In this document: piece by piece, positions 1 to 10,083 of the stretch
How positions within the stretch are numbered: the first letter of the stretch is position 1
Layout of the letters: each line of letters begins with the position of its first letter
Source of the DNA: Microcystis aeruginosa NIES-2549
Lineage (GTDB): Bacteria > Cyanobacteriota > Cyanobacteriia > Cyanobacteriales > Microcystaceae
Assembly (NCBI RefSeq): GCF_000981785.2
Contig: NZ_CP011304.1
Location: forward strand, 3,840,001 to 3,872,000
Direction: 5' to 3'
DNA: 32,000 nucleotides
Position numbers and translations under genes: made by a program
Notes under the pieces: model-generated
The model's input: the letters and a program-made list of their open reading frames with translations, nothing else
Told to the model about the DNA's origin: nothing
Database searches by the model: none

Positions 1-124
1 CATCTGTTATAGTCTAATACAGAAGAAACTACCTTGTCAAATTTAGGCAAATTCGGGCAAAATAGGGGATGTAAATTTTATACACTATTTAGTATTATTT
101 TGATAGGACTAAAGAGGCTAGATT

Positions 125-2995
125 ATGACCAGTGCCGGGCAAAATAAGTTATTTATCCTGATCGATGGGCATTCTTTGGCTTTTCGTGCCTATTATGCCT
201 TTGCTAAGTCTCGTTCTGGTCCTCTGCGTACTTCTAGCGGCATTCCCACCAGTGTTTGTTTTGGGTTTTTAAATTCTCTGCTGCAGTTACTAGAAACTCA
301 AAAACCCGCTTATTTAGCAGTTGCTTTTGATTTAGCAGTCCCTTCTTTTCGCCATGAAGCTGATGTTAATTATAAGGCTAATCGGCAAGAAACTCCCGAA
401 GAATTTCGCCCCGATTTAACTAATCTGCAAAGTCTCTTGGCAGCGATGAATATTCCTATTGTTACTTCCCCGGGTTACGAAGCAGATGATGTTTTAGGAA
501 CTTTGGCAAAACAAGCCGGCGATAATGGTTATACGGTCAAGATTTTAACAGGCGATCGAGATTTATTCCAATTGGTAGATGAGGAGAAAAAAACCACAGT
601 TCTCTATCTGGATATTAATGCAGTCAAAAATACATCGGGACAGGGTTATACAGAATTTAATTCCCAAGCTGTCACGGAAAAGTTAGGGGTAACACCAAAA
701 CAGGTAGTAGATTTTAAAGCTCTTTGCGGTGATAAGTCTGATAATATCCCCGGAGTGCGCGGAATTGGCGAAAAAACAGCGATAGATTTATTAAAAAAAT
801 ACGATAACTTAGAGGATATATATACCAATCTGGAATCGATCAAGGGAATGGTAAAAACTAAATTATTAGAGGGAAAAACCGCAGCCGAAAGTTCTCGCTA
901 TTTAGCCAAAATTGCCCTTGATGCCACCGTTAGCCTCGAAGAAGAGAAATTTCGTCTCCGAGGTTTTGATCGGCGTTTAGTTAAACCTTTATTGGAAAAA
1001 TTAGAGTTAAAGAAAATTCTCCAGAAACTCGATCAAATTCAACAGCATCTAGGTGGCACTCCTACCCTAGAATTAACTAGCGATGCTGATTATAATCAAT
1101 TGTCTCTGTTTGATTTACCCCCTATTTCTCCACCAGTTCTAATTGCTCCCGACATTATTGATACTATTCCTAAGTTAGATGCTTTACTGGCAAAATTAAC
1201 AACTTTCACTAATCGGCAATGTCCTGTCGCTTGGGATACCGAAACCACGGATTTAAATCCTCGTGTAGCCAAATTAGTTGGCATCGGTTGCTGTTGGGGA
1301 AAAGAATTAAATGCTATGGCCTATATTCCCATCGGCCACCAGAGCGGTGATAATTTAAATCTAGAGATAGTTCTCGAAAAATTACGCCCAATTTTAGCCA
1401 GTGATGATTATCCGAAAGTCTTCCAGAATGCGAAATTTGATATTGATGTTTTTTATCATCAAGGAATTACCGTTAAAGGTCTAGTTTTTGATACTATGGT
1501 GGCTAGTTATGTCCTCCATCCCGAACTAACTCATAATCTCGAAGATTTATGCGATCGCTATTTAACTGGTATCACTTCCCTTAGTTATAAAAGTCTCGGT
1601 ATTCCTACGGGAAAAACCATAGCTGATTTAGATATTACCACTACTGCTACCTACTGCGGATTAGATGCCTACGCTACCTATTTACTTCGAGAAAAATTAC
1701 AGGCAGAATTAACTAAAATTCCCCCTTTATATCAATTATTCTCTGAAATAGAATCTCCCTTAGTCATGGTGCTGTGGCAGATGGAAAATTATGGTATAAA
1801 AATTAATATCAATTATCTAAAAAACTTGTCCCAGCAACTAGAAAGAGACTTGGCAGACATAGAAAAAAAAGCTTACGAATCCATCGGAGAAACTTTTAAT
1901 CTTGGCTCTCCTAAACAGTTAAGTGAAATCCTCTTTGATCGATTGGCACTCAATCGCAAAAAATCCAGAAAAACTAAAACAGGTTACTCTACTGATCAAA
2001 GTGTTTTAGAGAAACTACAAGGCGATCATCCCCTGATTGATTATATCCTTGAACATCGCACCTTATCCAAATTAAAATCCACCTATGTGGATGCTTTACC
2101 GAAATTAGCCGAACCAAAAACCGCAAGAGTACATACAGATTTTAATCAAACCATCACCAGCACCGGACGCTTATCATCCTCCAATCCTAACCTACAAAAT
2201 ATCCCTATTCGCAGTGAATTTTCCAGGCGAATTCGTCAAGCTTTTATCCCCGAAGATGGTTACTTATTGGTGTCAGCGGACTACTCACAAATCGAGTTAA
2301 GAATTCTCGCTCATCTCAGTCAAGAACCAGTTTTATTAGAAGCGTATCGTAGTAATCAAGATGTTCATAAAGTCACCGCTCAATTGCTCTTTGATAAAGG
2401 GGAAATTACCCCAGAAGAACGCAGTTTAGGAAAAACAATTAACTTCGGGGTTATTTATGGCATGGGAGCGCAAAAATTCGCCCGTGAATCGAAATTAACC
2501 GTAGAACAGGGCAGAAAATTTATTGAAAAATATCATCAACGTTATGCCCAAGTATTTGAGTATTTAGAGAATAGTAAAAAACAAGCGATCGCTCAGGGAT
2601 ATGTAGAAACAATTTTGGGCAGAAGACGTTATTTTAACTTCGATAATCCTCTCTTAAAAAGACTGCGAGGACTGTCCTTACATGACATCGATTTAGATAG
2701 CCTCAAACTCAACAACGAGGAAGCACAATTATTAAGATCGGCCGCTAATGCGCCCATTCAGGGTTCCAGTGCTGATATTATTAAAGTAGCGATGGTAAAA
2801 CTGGCCGAGGTACTGCAAAATTATCGAGCGAGATTACTGCTGCAAGTCCATGATGAATTAGTCTTGGAAGTACCGAGGGAAGAATGGCCATCCCTAGAGT
2901 CAAAAATCAAGACGACTATGGAAGAAGCTGTCTCCTTGACGATCCCTCTCTTGGTAGAAATTAAAGCTGGTGACAATTGGATGGAAACCAAATAA
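125..2995 (+). CDS. polA: DNA polymerase I
   Basis: 956-aa ORF. The N-terminus resembles a 5'-3' exonuclease (LILIDGHSLAFRAYYA, GYEADDVLGTLA). The C-terminus has family A polymerase motifs (DYSQIELRILAHLS, GKTINFGVIYGMG, LQVHDELVLE). Confidence 0.97.
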   Translation: MTSAGQNKLFILIDGHSLAFRAYYAFAKSRSGPLRTSSGIPTSVCFGFLNSLLQLLETQKPAYLAVAFDLAVPSFRHEADVNYKANRQETPEEFRPDLTNLQSLLAAMNIPIVTSPGYEADDVLGTLAKQAGDNGYTVKILTGDRDLFQLVDEEKKTTVLYLDINAVKNTSGQGYTEFNSQAVTEKLGVTPKQVVDFKALCGDKSDNIPGVRGIGEKTAIDLLKKYDNLEDIYTNLESIKGMVKTKLLEGKTAAESSRYLAKIALDATVSLEEEKFRLRGFDRRLVKPLLEKLELKKILQKLDQIQQHLGGTPTLELTSDADYNQLSLFDLPPISPPVLIAPDIIDTIPKLDALLAKLTTFTNRQCPVAWDTETTDLNPRVAKLVGIGCCWGKELNAMAYIPIGHQSGDNLNLEIVLEKLRPILASDDYPKVFQNAKFDIDVFYHQGITVKGLVFDTMVASYVLHPELTHNLEDLCDRYLTGITSLSYKSLGIPTGKTIADLDITTTATYCGLDAYATYLLREKLQAELTKIPPLYQLFSEIESPLVMVLWQMENYGIKININYLKNLSQQLERDLADIEKKAYESIGETFNLGSPKQLSEILFDRLALNRKKSRKTKTGYSTDQSVLEKLQGDHPLIDYILEHRTLSKLKSTYVDALPKLAEPKTARVHTDFNQTITSTGRLSSSNPNLQNIPIRSEFSRRIRQAFIPEDGYLLVSADYSQIELRILAHLSQEPVLLEAYRSNQDVHKVTAQLLFDKGEITPEERSLGKTINFGVIYGMGAQKFARESKLTVEQGRKFIEKYHQRYAQVFEYLENSKKQAIAQGYVETILGRRRYFNFDNPLLKRLRGLSLHDIDLDSLKLNNEEAQLLRSAANAPIQGSSADIIKVAMVKLAEVLQNYRARLLLQVHDELVLEVPREEWPSLESKIKTTMEEAVSLTIPLLVEIKAGDNWMETK

Positions 2996-2999
2996 AACT

Positions 3000-3245
3000 A
3001 TGATCGAAAACAGACAATTTTTAACCCCAGAAGAATCCGCAGATGTGGACGCTGCCCTCTTGACTTTTCCCGAAAAATTCCTGACTCGTTTAACGATTTC
3101 TTCCCTACGCTTACTAAAAATAATCGCCGAAGATACGGGAGTAACCCTAGAAGAACTAACCCATAAACAGGTCATTCAATGGCTAGAAAAAGATAGTCAA
3201 CTGCGTCGGGAACAGGGGATCGAAGCGGCAGTGCTGAAATGGTAA
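3000..3245 (+). CDS. Small conserved hypothetical protein (81 aa if started at the internal ATG)
   Basis: The ORF track gives 2970..3245. The ATG at 3000 removes the overlap with the polA stop. I recognise no domain. Confidence 0.5.
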   Translation: MIENRQFLTPEESADVDAALLTFPEKFLTRLTISSLRLLKIIAEDTGVTLEELTHKQVIQWLEKDSQLRREQGIEAAVLKW

Positions 3246-3320
3246 ATAAACTCTTAAAAAATCAGCTACCCCTGACAATTTATGCTAGTTTTTAGCTATA
3301 AAGTTACTGGAGTTACAACA

Positions 3321-3530
3321 ATGACAATTACCCTAAAAGTGCCTAGTATTGCCTGTGAAGGTTGCGCTAATACCATTACTAAAGCGATTAATAATCAGCA
3401 ACCGGCAGCCCAAATATCGGTGGATGTAGCCAATAAAATCGTCACGGTAGAAACCACCGCATCCCGCGCAGAAATTGCCCAATGGATCAGCGAAGTCGGT
3501 CATACTGTTGAGTCTGGGAGTGAGAGTTGA
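3321..3530 (+). CDS. Heavy-metal-associated (HMA) domain protein, CopZ-like metallochaperone
   Basis: MTITLKVPSIACEGCANTITKAI carries the CxxC metal-binding loop of the HMA ferredoxin-like fold. About 69 aa from the ATG at 3321 (the ORF track begins at 3282). Confidence 0.8.
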   Translation: MTITLKVPSIACEGCANTITKAINNQQPAAQISVDVANKIVTVETTASRAEIAQWISEVGHTVESGSES

Positions 3531-4321
3531 CATCCTCCCCCTTTAAAAATAGACCTCAATTGGGTGCTTATTGTTTAGAGATTGTCTATGAACAACCATC
3601 CTTATCAAGTCAAGAGGGAGAAAGATATGCTTTTATCGATTTAGGCTTAAATAACCTAGCTGCTGTTACCTCTAATATTCCCGAATTTCAGCCAACTTTA
3701 GTATGTGGAAAAGCCTTAAAATCCTGCCATCAAAAGTACAACAAGACACTAGCTAAACTCAAATCGGAATTACCCAGTCTCCAGAAGACCAGTAAAAGAA
3801 TACAAGGTTTAACTTTAAAGCGTAATTGCCAGGTGGATTATTACCTCCACACCGCTAGTAAATATATTATTGATAAATTACTAGCTCATCAACTTAACCT
3901 TTTAGTTATTGGTCATAATCAAGGCTGGAAACAAAACATTAATATTGGAGATAGAAATAACCAGTCATTCGTAAATATTCCTCATTCAAGGTTTATCGAA
4001 CAACTTATCTATAAAGCAAATTTAGTAGGAATAGAGGTCAAAACAACTAATGAAAGCTATACCTCTAAATGTAGTTTCTTGGACTTAGAGTCTATTCAAA
4101 AGCAAAAAAGCTATTTAGGCAAGAGAATTAAAAGAGGACTATTCAGAAGCTCGTCGGGTTATTTCTATGGAGCAGATATTAATGGTTCCTTAAATATTGG
4201 AAGAAAGGTAGTCGGAGAGGCCGCCTTTAGCGGGAATCCGATAGAGAGGTTCGTAGTTAACCCAGTACGGGTCAAAGCGTACAAAGCTAATTCTAGATGC
4301 AATATTTGCGTACAGAATTAG
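3527..4321 (+). pseudogene. tnpB: IS200/IS605-family TnpB (OrfB) RNA-guided nuclease, N-terminally truncated remnant
   Basis: RuvC-like residues are retained (FIDLGLNNLA, TNESYTSKCS, GADINGSLNIGRK), but about 130-150 N-terminal residues expected of TnpB are missing. The frame opens on a TTG that overlaps the TGA of the HMA gene. No tnpA is adjacent. Confidence 0.8.
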
Positions 4322-4386
4322 TAACTATGACCAGCTTAGTTGGGAAAAAAATCTCAATTACCATCAATGGTTGACCTAAGAAAATA

Positions 4387-4428
4387 TTTCAGTCTCTCCG
4401 TCGGGAAATAACCTATTAGAGACTGAAA
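4387..4428 (-). terminator. 11-bp stem hairpin (tttcagtctct / agagactgaaa) with a 20-nt loop, directly downstream of the RHH gene
   Basis: Perfect inverted repeat read in the sequence. The large loop and weak T-tract make it uncertain. It could also be part of the IS right end. Confidence 0.35.
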
Positions 4429-4432
4429 AATC

Positions 4433-4663
4433 TTAGTCATTCCATTCCCCTTTGGGGGGTACGGGAGGATTGCGTCGAAGATGGCGGGTTAAGTCCTCAT
4501 CCGGTTGTCTCTCTCCTCTTAGCCACTGTTTAATCGCCGTTTCGATAATGCGACTAGGATCGTTAGTCAGGTGTTTAATCTGTTCTAAAACTTCCGAGTC
4601 AAGGTGAATAGCGATTTCAACTTTCTCCGCCGTGCGCTGAGTCGGTGTAGCATTGTCGTTCAT
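4433..4663 (-). CDS. Ribbon-helix-helix (CopG/antitoxin-like) small protein
   Basis: 76 aa. KVEIAIHLDSEVLEQIKHLTNDPSRIIETAIKQWL fits a beta-strand plus two helices RHH pattern. No toxin ORF is adjacent. Confidence 0.65.
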   Translation of the reverse strand: MNDNATPTQRTAEKVEIAIHLDSEVLEQIKHLTNDPSRIIETAIKQWLRGERQPDEDLTRHLRRNPPVPPKGEWND

Positions 4664-4996
4664 AAGCTCTATTAATGATTGCTATCTATCATTCTACCCG
4701 TCAGTCGAGGATTCTCATCCAAGAGTTCATCCATGGTAATCCGATTTGGACAAATCTTACATCTTCTCCCTAGCCATTGCCCTTTCCCTGATTTTGTCCC
4801 CATACTCAAACTGACCATAGTTTCCTGTGGATGCCGAGAGGGGAAGCCAAAGCCGAAACCCTGACTATGCTTGCAGTTTACCTTTTTTTACCTTTTACTT
4901 TTCACTTTTGCTCCAGCCTTAGAGACTTTACCTTTACAATGAGTTAAGGAATCTAAAATTTTATAAACCCCTGACTTTTGCCAGCAGTGAACCACG

Positions 4997-6808
4997 ATGA
5001 CTGACGTTCCCGTTTCTCGCATTCGCAATTTTTCCATCATCGCTCATATCGATCATGGTAAATCAACTCTCGCCGATCGCCTCCTGCAAATTACAGGAAC
5101 CGTAGCCCAACGGGAGATGAAAGAACAATTTCTCGATAATATGGACTTGGAACGGGAACGAGGTATCACCATCAAGTTACAAGCGGCACGCATGGATTAT
5201 ACCGCTAAGGATGGTCAAAAATACGTTCTCAATCTGATTGATACCCCCGGCCATGTGGATTTTTCCTACGAGGTTTCTCGGTCTCTAGCGGCGTGCGAGG
5301 GAGCTTTATTAGTTGTGGATGCGTCCCAAGGCGTGGAGGCGCAAACTTTAGCCAATGTTTACCTAGCACTGGAAAATAACCTCGAAATTATCCCAGTTTT
5401 AAATAAAATCGACCTACCTAGTGCCGAACCGGAACGAGTCGCGGCGGAAATCGAGGAAGTGGTGGGTTTAGACTGTAGTGAGGCGATTCGGGCCTCGGCT
5501 AAGGCTGGGATCGGTATTAATGATATTCTAGAGTCGATCGTCCAATTAGTTCCCCCTCCCCAAGATACCCTCGAAGAACCCTTCCGAGCTTTAATTTTTG
5601 ATAGTTATTACGACGCTTATCGAGGGGTAATTGTCTATTTCCGCGTCATGGATGGTCGGGTGAAAAAGGGCGATAAAATTCGTTTTATGGCTTCTGGTAA
5701 AGAATTTGTTATCGATGAATTGGGAATTTTATCACCGCAACAGGTACAAGTAAATGAACTGCACGCGGGAGAGGTGGGTTATCTGGCAGCCGCGATTAAA
5801 ACTGTCGCCGATGCCCGGGTGGGTGATACGATTACTCTAACCGCTAAACCGGCACAAGAGCCTTTACCCGGTTATACAGAAGCAAAACCGATGGTTTTCT
5901 GCGGATTATTCCCCACCGATGCCGATCAGTATGCCGATCTCAAAGATGCGCTGGAAAAGTTAAAATTAAACGATGCAGCTCTATCCTACGAACCGGAAAC
6001 TTCTAGCGCCATGGGTTTTGGTTTCCGTTGCGGTTTCTTGGGACTGCTACACATGGAAATCGTCCAGGAAAGACTAGAAAGGGAATATAACTTAGATTTA
6101 ATTACCACTGCTCCCTCGGTAGTTTATCAGGTCACTACCACCGATGGCGAAATTGTCGAAGTGGATAATCCTAGTTTGTTACCTTCCCCACAAAAACGGG
6201 AAAAAATTGAGGAACCTTATATCCAAGTGGAAATGATTACTCCCGAAACCTATGTAGGTGCTTTGATGGAATTATGTCAAAGTCGTCGGGGAGTTTTCAA
6301 GGATATGCGTTATTTTACTAAAACTCGCACCGCTTTGATTTATGAGTTACCTTTAGCGGAAGTGGTGACGGACTTTTTTGATCAATTAAAGTCTCGATCG
6401 CGCGGTTACGCTAGTATGGAATATCAATTAATTGGCTATCGGGAAAATGAGCTAGTTAAATTAGATATTATGGTCAATGGTGATCCCGTTGATGCTTTAG
6501 CGATGATCGTTCACCGGGATAAAGCTTATTATGTTGGTCGCGCTTTAACCGAAAAGTTAAAAGAATTGATTCCCCGGCATCAATTTAAGGTTCCCATTCA
6601 GGCTGCTATTGGTTCTAAAATTATCGCTAGTGAACATATTCCCGCTTTAAGAAAGGATGTCTTAGCTAAGTGTTATGGTGGTGATATTAGCCGCAAGAAA
6701 AAGCTGTTAGACAAGCAAGCAAAAGGGAAAAAACGGATGAAAGCGATCGGAACTGTTGATGTCCCGCAAGAGGCATTTATGGCAGTCCTAAAACTCGATC
6801 CTCAGTAA
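4997..6808 (+). CDS. lepA: Translation elongation factor 4 (LepA)
   Basis: 603 aa. G-domain motifs are [25 protein letters not shown] and NKID. The C-terminal domain is LepA-specific. Confidence 0.97.
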   Translation: MTDVPVSRIRNFSIIAHIDHGKSTLADRLLQITGTVAQREMKEQFLDNMDLERERGITIKLQAARMDYTAKDGQKYVLNLIDTPGHVDFSYEVSRSLAACEGALLVVDASQGVEAQTLANVYLALENNLEIIPVLNKIDLPSAEPERVAAEIEEVVGLDCSEAIRASAKAGIGINDILESIVQLVPPPQDTLEEPFRALIFDSYYDAYRGVIVYFRVMDGRVKKGDKIRFMASGKEFVIDELGILSPQQVQVNELHAGEVGYLAAAIKTVADARVGDTITLTAKPAQEPLPGYTEAKPMVFCGLFPTDADQYADLKDALEKLKLNDAALSYEPETSSAMGFGFRCGFLGLLHMEIVQERLEREYNLDLITTAPSVVYQVTTTDGEIVEVDNPSLLPSPQKREKIEEPYIQVEMITPETYVGALMELCQSRRGVFKDMRYFTKTRTALIYELPLAEVVTDFFDQLKSRSRGYASMEYQLIGYRENELVKLDIMVNGDPVDALAMIVHRDKAYYVGRALTEKLKELIPRHQFKVPIQAAIGSKIIASEHIPALRKDVLAKCYGGDISRKKKLLDKQAKGKKRMKAIGTVDVPQEAFMAVLKLDPQ

Positions 6809-6815
6809 AATCTTG

Positions 6816-6840
6816 GGGTGAGAATTAACTCACCCTTTTT
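6816..6840 (+). terminator. Rho-independent terminator of lepA
   Basis: gggtgag-aattaa-ctcaccc hairpin followed by TTTTT, 8 nt after the lepA stop. Confidence 0.7.
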
Positions 6841-6863
6841 AGTTTTAGCAGTGGGGAATTATT

Positions 6864-7424
6864 ATGAAACTTTTGAGATTATCCTATCAAGATTTATCCT
6901 CTGGATTAAGTATAGATTCTTGCGATTTTTTTCCAGATTTTAATTTATTAGTTGGTATCTCAGGTGCAGGAAAAACATCGATTTTAAAGTCCATTAGTAA
7001 TTTAAAAAGAATCGCTAATGGTGCATCTATAAATGGAGTAAAATGGGATGTAGAATTTTTAACAACCGAGCATATTCGTTATCGTTGGTTGGGTGAATTT
7101 ACTTCTGATAAAACCATAGTTAGTGAATATATTTATAGAGAGGATAGGGAAATAATTAAAATAGAAAACGATCAAACTTGGTTTAATGCTCAAAAAATCC
7201 CTAAATTATTACCTCGTTATAGTGTTGCACAACTATTAATTCCTGACCCTGATATTTATCCCGTTCGAGCAGAATTTAATCAAATTGACACATATTTTGA
7301 TGAATATATTGTACAATTTTATCACAAGTATAATGGTAACTCCAGAAAAACAATCCTAAAAGTGCCGTCAGTCTCTTCAGTTAGCAGTTACCAGATAGAA
7401 GTTAAAAATTGGCAATTTACTTGA
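6864..7424 (+). CDS. P-loop ATPase N-terminal fragment (SMC/RecF/OLD/AAA_15-21-like head), probably truncated
   Basis: A Walker A motif (LLVGISGAGKTSILKSI) lies about 30 aa from the N-terminus. No Walker B or signature motif follows. The ORF ends after 186 aa in a repeat-like tract (cagtctcttcagttagcagttaccag), 4 nt before the next gene. Confidence 0.5.
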   Translation: MKLLRLSYQDLSSGLSIDSCDFFPDFNLLVGISGAGKTSILKSISNLKRIANGASINGVKWDVEFLTTEHIRYRWLGEFTSDKTIVSEYIYREDREIIKIENDQTWFNAQKIPKLLPRYSVAQLLIPDPDIYPVRAEFNQIDTYFDEYIVQFYHKYNGNSRKTILKVPSVSSVSSYQIEVKNWQFT

Positions 7425-7428
7425 TGTT

Positions 7429-9243
7429 ATGGCTTCCTTACGCGATATTCTCAGTTACTATCGCAATTATCAAAAAGCCGCCTTTTTGAGCATTGCTGCC
7501 TCCAGTGTCTTTGAAATTATCGATCTGATGGTTCCCTACGCTGTCGGACAGATTCTTAATGTTCTTTCTCATCAACCTTTAGATGGATTCGTGCAATCTT
7601 TGGTCGATCGCACCATGATTTTAACTCCCTTTGCCTCAGAAAAGTGGGTTAGTTTGGCAGTATTATTAGGCTTAATTTTCCTAACCACGGTAATTAAAGC
7701 ACCAATTCAGCCTTGGGTGGGTGTCTGGTTTCACTGGGAAATATCCTTAAGATCGCGAAGAGATCATCTCAGAAAAATTATTGCCAAAATCCTCACCTTA
7801 CCCCTATCTTTTTACGATGAAAATAATCCGGGACGCATCGCTAACCGGATCGCCAAAGGGATAGAAAATCATACTTGGACTTATCCTGAAATAGCGGGAA
7901 TGATGATCCCAAAATTGTTTAGAGTTTTGGGTATCTTTATTGTTATTTGGATAATTCAATGGCAAATCGCCCTTGCTTTTCTTATTTCTTTTGTATTAAT
8001 TGTAGCTTTTATTTTGAGAGATTTAAAAGATTTAATGCAAAAAGAAAGGATTCTGGATCAGCACATCGAAAATACCCAAAGTCGCAATTCTGAGATTATT
8101 ACTAATATCAAAACTGTCAAAGCTTTTGCCACAGAAGGACAGGAATTATATCGTCAAAAACAGCGTTTAGAGAGAGAATTTACCTACGTTATCCATCGCA
8201 TTCATAAGGGTTATGTGGACTTAATTACTTGGGAAAAAACCCTCGTCCAAGCTAGTTTATTTGGAGTATTTTTCTTTACTCTCCTAGCCACCGTTCAACA
8301 GAAAATCTCGATCGGGCATTTTATCACCACCTATACCCTAGCTAGTATGGCCTATGCGGAATTAGATCCCCTATCCCAAATGGCAGAAACTTTCGCTCGT
8401 CGCTATGCTTCTATGGTCCGTTTACAGGAATTTATCAACTTACCCAGTGGCACTGATGCCGGTAGTCTTTTAGCCGATCATGCCCAACATAATCCCTATC
8501 ATTTTACGGGGAAAGTAGAATTAAGTAATCTTAGCTTTGGCTATAGTCCAGAAAGAACCATTCTCAAGGATATTAATCTGCTGATTGAACCCTATCAAAC
8601 CGTGGCATTAGTGGGAAAATCTGGTTCAGGCAAATCCACTTTAGTTAAGTTACTTTTCCGCTATTTTGAACCGAATCAAGGGCAAATTCTGATGGATGGC
8701 GAGGATATTCGTCGCTTAGATGTCACTTGGTATCGGCGACGGTTAGCGATTGTCCATCAAGAAGTAGATGTTTTTAATGGTACGGTGTTAGAAAATCTCA
8801 CCTATGGTAATCCTAATATTAGCTTCGAGAAGGTAGCAGAAGCCTGTAAAATCGCCCGTGTCGATGAATTTATTCAGGAATTACCTAATGGTTATTCCAC
8901 TATTGTAGGGGAAAGGGGCGTGCGTCTTTCGGGGGGACAAAGACAGCGTTTAGGAATTGCTAGGGCCTTAATTGTCGATCCGGATGTGTTAGTTTTTGAT
9001 GAGGCCACTTCTAGCTTAGATTATGAGTCAGAAAGAGCCATTCAACTAGCCATGAAATCCATTTTAGGCACTCGCACCACAATTATTATCGCCCACCGTC
9101 TCAGTACCGTTCGAGAAGCGGATCAAATTGTCGTTTTGGATAATGGTCGCATTGTCGAGATCGGTAGCCATGACCAATTATTAAATCAGCAGGGAATCTA
9201 TCAGCGTCTCCACTCTTTACAAGAAAGCGGCGAACTGGTTTAG
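7429..9243 (+). CDS. ABC exporter, fused permease and ATP-binding protein (MsbA/ABCB type)
   Basis: 604 aa. An N-terminal six-helix TMD-like region is followed by Walker A GKSGSGKST, signature LSGGQRQR and Walker B LVFDEATS. Confidence 0.93.
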   Translation: MASLRDILSYYRNYQKAAFLSIAASSVFEIIDLMVPYAVGQILNVLSHQPLDGFVQSLVDRTMILTPFASEKWVSLAVLLGLIFLTTVIKAPIQPWVGVWFHWEISLRSRRDHLRKIIAKILTLPLSFYDENNPGRIANRIAKGIENHTWTYPEIAGMMIPKLFRVLGIFIVIWIIQWQIALAFLISFVLIVAFILRDLKDLMQKERILDQHIENTQSRNSEIITNIKTVKAFATEGQELYRQKQRLEREFTYVIHRIHKGYVDLITWEKTLVQASLFGVFFFTLLATVQQKISIGHFITTYTLASMAYAELDPLSQMAETFARRYASMVRLQEFINLPSGTDAGSLLADHAQHNPYHFTGKVELSNLSFGYSPERTILKDINLLIEPYQTVALVGKSGSGKSTLVKLLFRYFEPNQGQILMDGEDIRRLDVTWYRRRLAIVHQEVDVFNGTVLENLTYGNPNISFEKVAEACKIARVDEFIQELPNGYSTIVGERGVRLSGGQRQRLGIARALIVDPDVLVFDEATSSLDYESERAIQLAMKSILGTRTTIIIAHRLSTVREADQIVVLDNGRIVEIGSHDQLLNQQGIYQRLHSLQESGELV

Positions 9244-9285
9244 TCTTAAAATAGTCCCCGATAGGGAACCGAGAAAATATATCTA

Positions 9286-9654
9286 ATGGGAGTTGATACT
9301 ATGTCTAACGAAACCGTTACCTATTCCCTAGAAGCTGTTTTGACTAGGATTGAGGGGAAAATTGACAATCTCCAAAAAGATGTTGACCAAAAATTTGAAA
9401 CTCTCCAAAAGGATTTTAACCAAAAATTTGACAGTTTCCAAAAAGATGTTGACCAAAAATTTGACAAAATCGACGAACGGTTAAATAAACTAGAGGTAGG
9501 ACAGGCAAAGTTAACCGAAAAGGTTGAGGGCATCGATAATCGCCTAAAATCAGTGGAAGGAACCCAAAAAAATCAGGTTTGGACATTGATTATTCTTTTG
9601 GCAAGTGCGATCGCTACTGCCGGTTGGAAAGTATTTTTTTCAGGTAATCCCTAG
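9286..9654 (+). CDS. Tail-anchored coiled-coil protein, paralog 1 (three 11-residue repeats). The likely true start is the ATG at 9301.
   Basis: LQKDVDQKFET / LQKDFNQKFDS / FQKDVDQKFDK hendecad repeats, then IDERLNKLE...VEGIDNRLKSVEG, then a C-terminal TM segment VWTLIILLASAIATAGWKVFF. GGAG lies 9 nt upstream of the ATG at 9301. Confidence 0.65.
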   Translation: MGVDTMSNETVTYSLEAVLTRIEGKIDNLQKDVDQKFETLQKDFNQKFDSFQKDVDQKFDKIDERLNKLEVGQAKLTEKVEGIDNRLKSVEGTQKNQVWTLIILLASAIATAGWKVFFSGNP

Positions 9655-9780
9655 AATTAATCTGTGGCTATTATTCACGGTTTCAAGTTTTGTCATCCCA
9701 GAAAAACGCTCTTCTCAGACAACCTCAAACCGGTTTAGTCTTAAAATAGTCCCCGATAGGGAACCGAGAAAATATATCTA

Positions 9781-10083
9781 ATGGGAGTTGATACTATGTC
9801 TAACGAAACCGTTACCTATTCCCTAGAAGCTGTTTTGACGAGGATTGAGGGGAAAATTGACAGTCTCCAAAAAGATGTTAACCAAAAATTTGACAAAATC
9901 GACGAACGGTTAAATAAGCTAGAGGTAGGACAGGCAAAGTTAACCGAAAAGGTTGAGGGCATCGATAATCGCCTAAAATCAGTGGAAGGAACCCAAAAAA
10001 ATCAGGTTTGGACATTGATTATTCTTTTGGCAAGTGCGATCGCTACTGCCGGTTGGAAAGTATTTTTTTCAGGTAATCCCTAG
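9781..10083 (+). CDS. Tail-anchored coiled-coil protein, paralog 2 (one 11-residue repeat). The likely true start is the ATG at 9796.
   Basis: Nearly identical to paralog 1 except for a 66-nt (22-codon) deletion of two repeat units. Confidence 0.65.
   Translation: MGVDTMSNETVTYSLEAVLTRIEGKIDSLQKDVNQKFDKIDERLNKLEVGQAKLTEKVEGIDNRLKSVEGTQKNQVWTLIILLASAIATAGWKVFFSGNP

Noticed and set aside
4679-4864. 61-aa plus-strand ORF between the RHH gene and lepA.
   Set aside because: It has no recognisable domain and no RBS, and its composition is odd. The region is better read as the divergent promoter and leader space of the RHH gene and lepA.
6864-7424. Calling the truncated ATPase a dndD remnant belonging to the dndBC pair.
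   Set aside because: Only a generic Walker A head is visible. It is separated from dndB by an ABC exporter and two other genes, so the evidence does not go beyond a generic P-loop ATPase.
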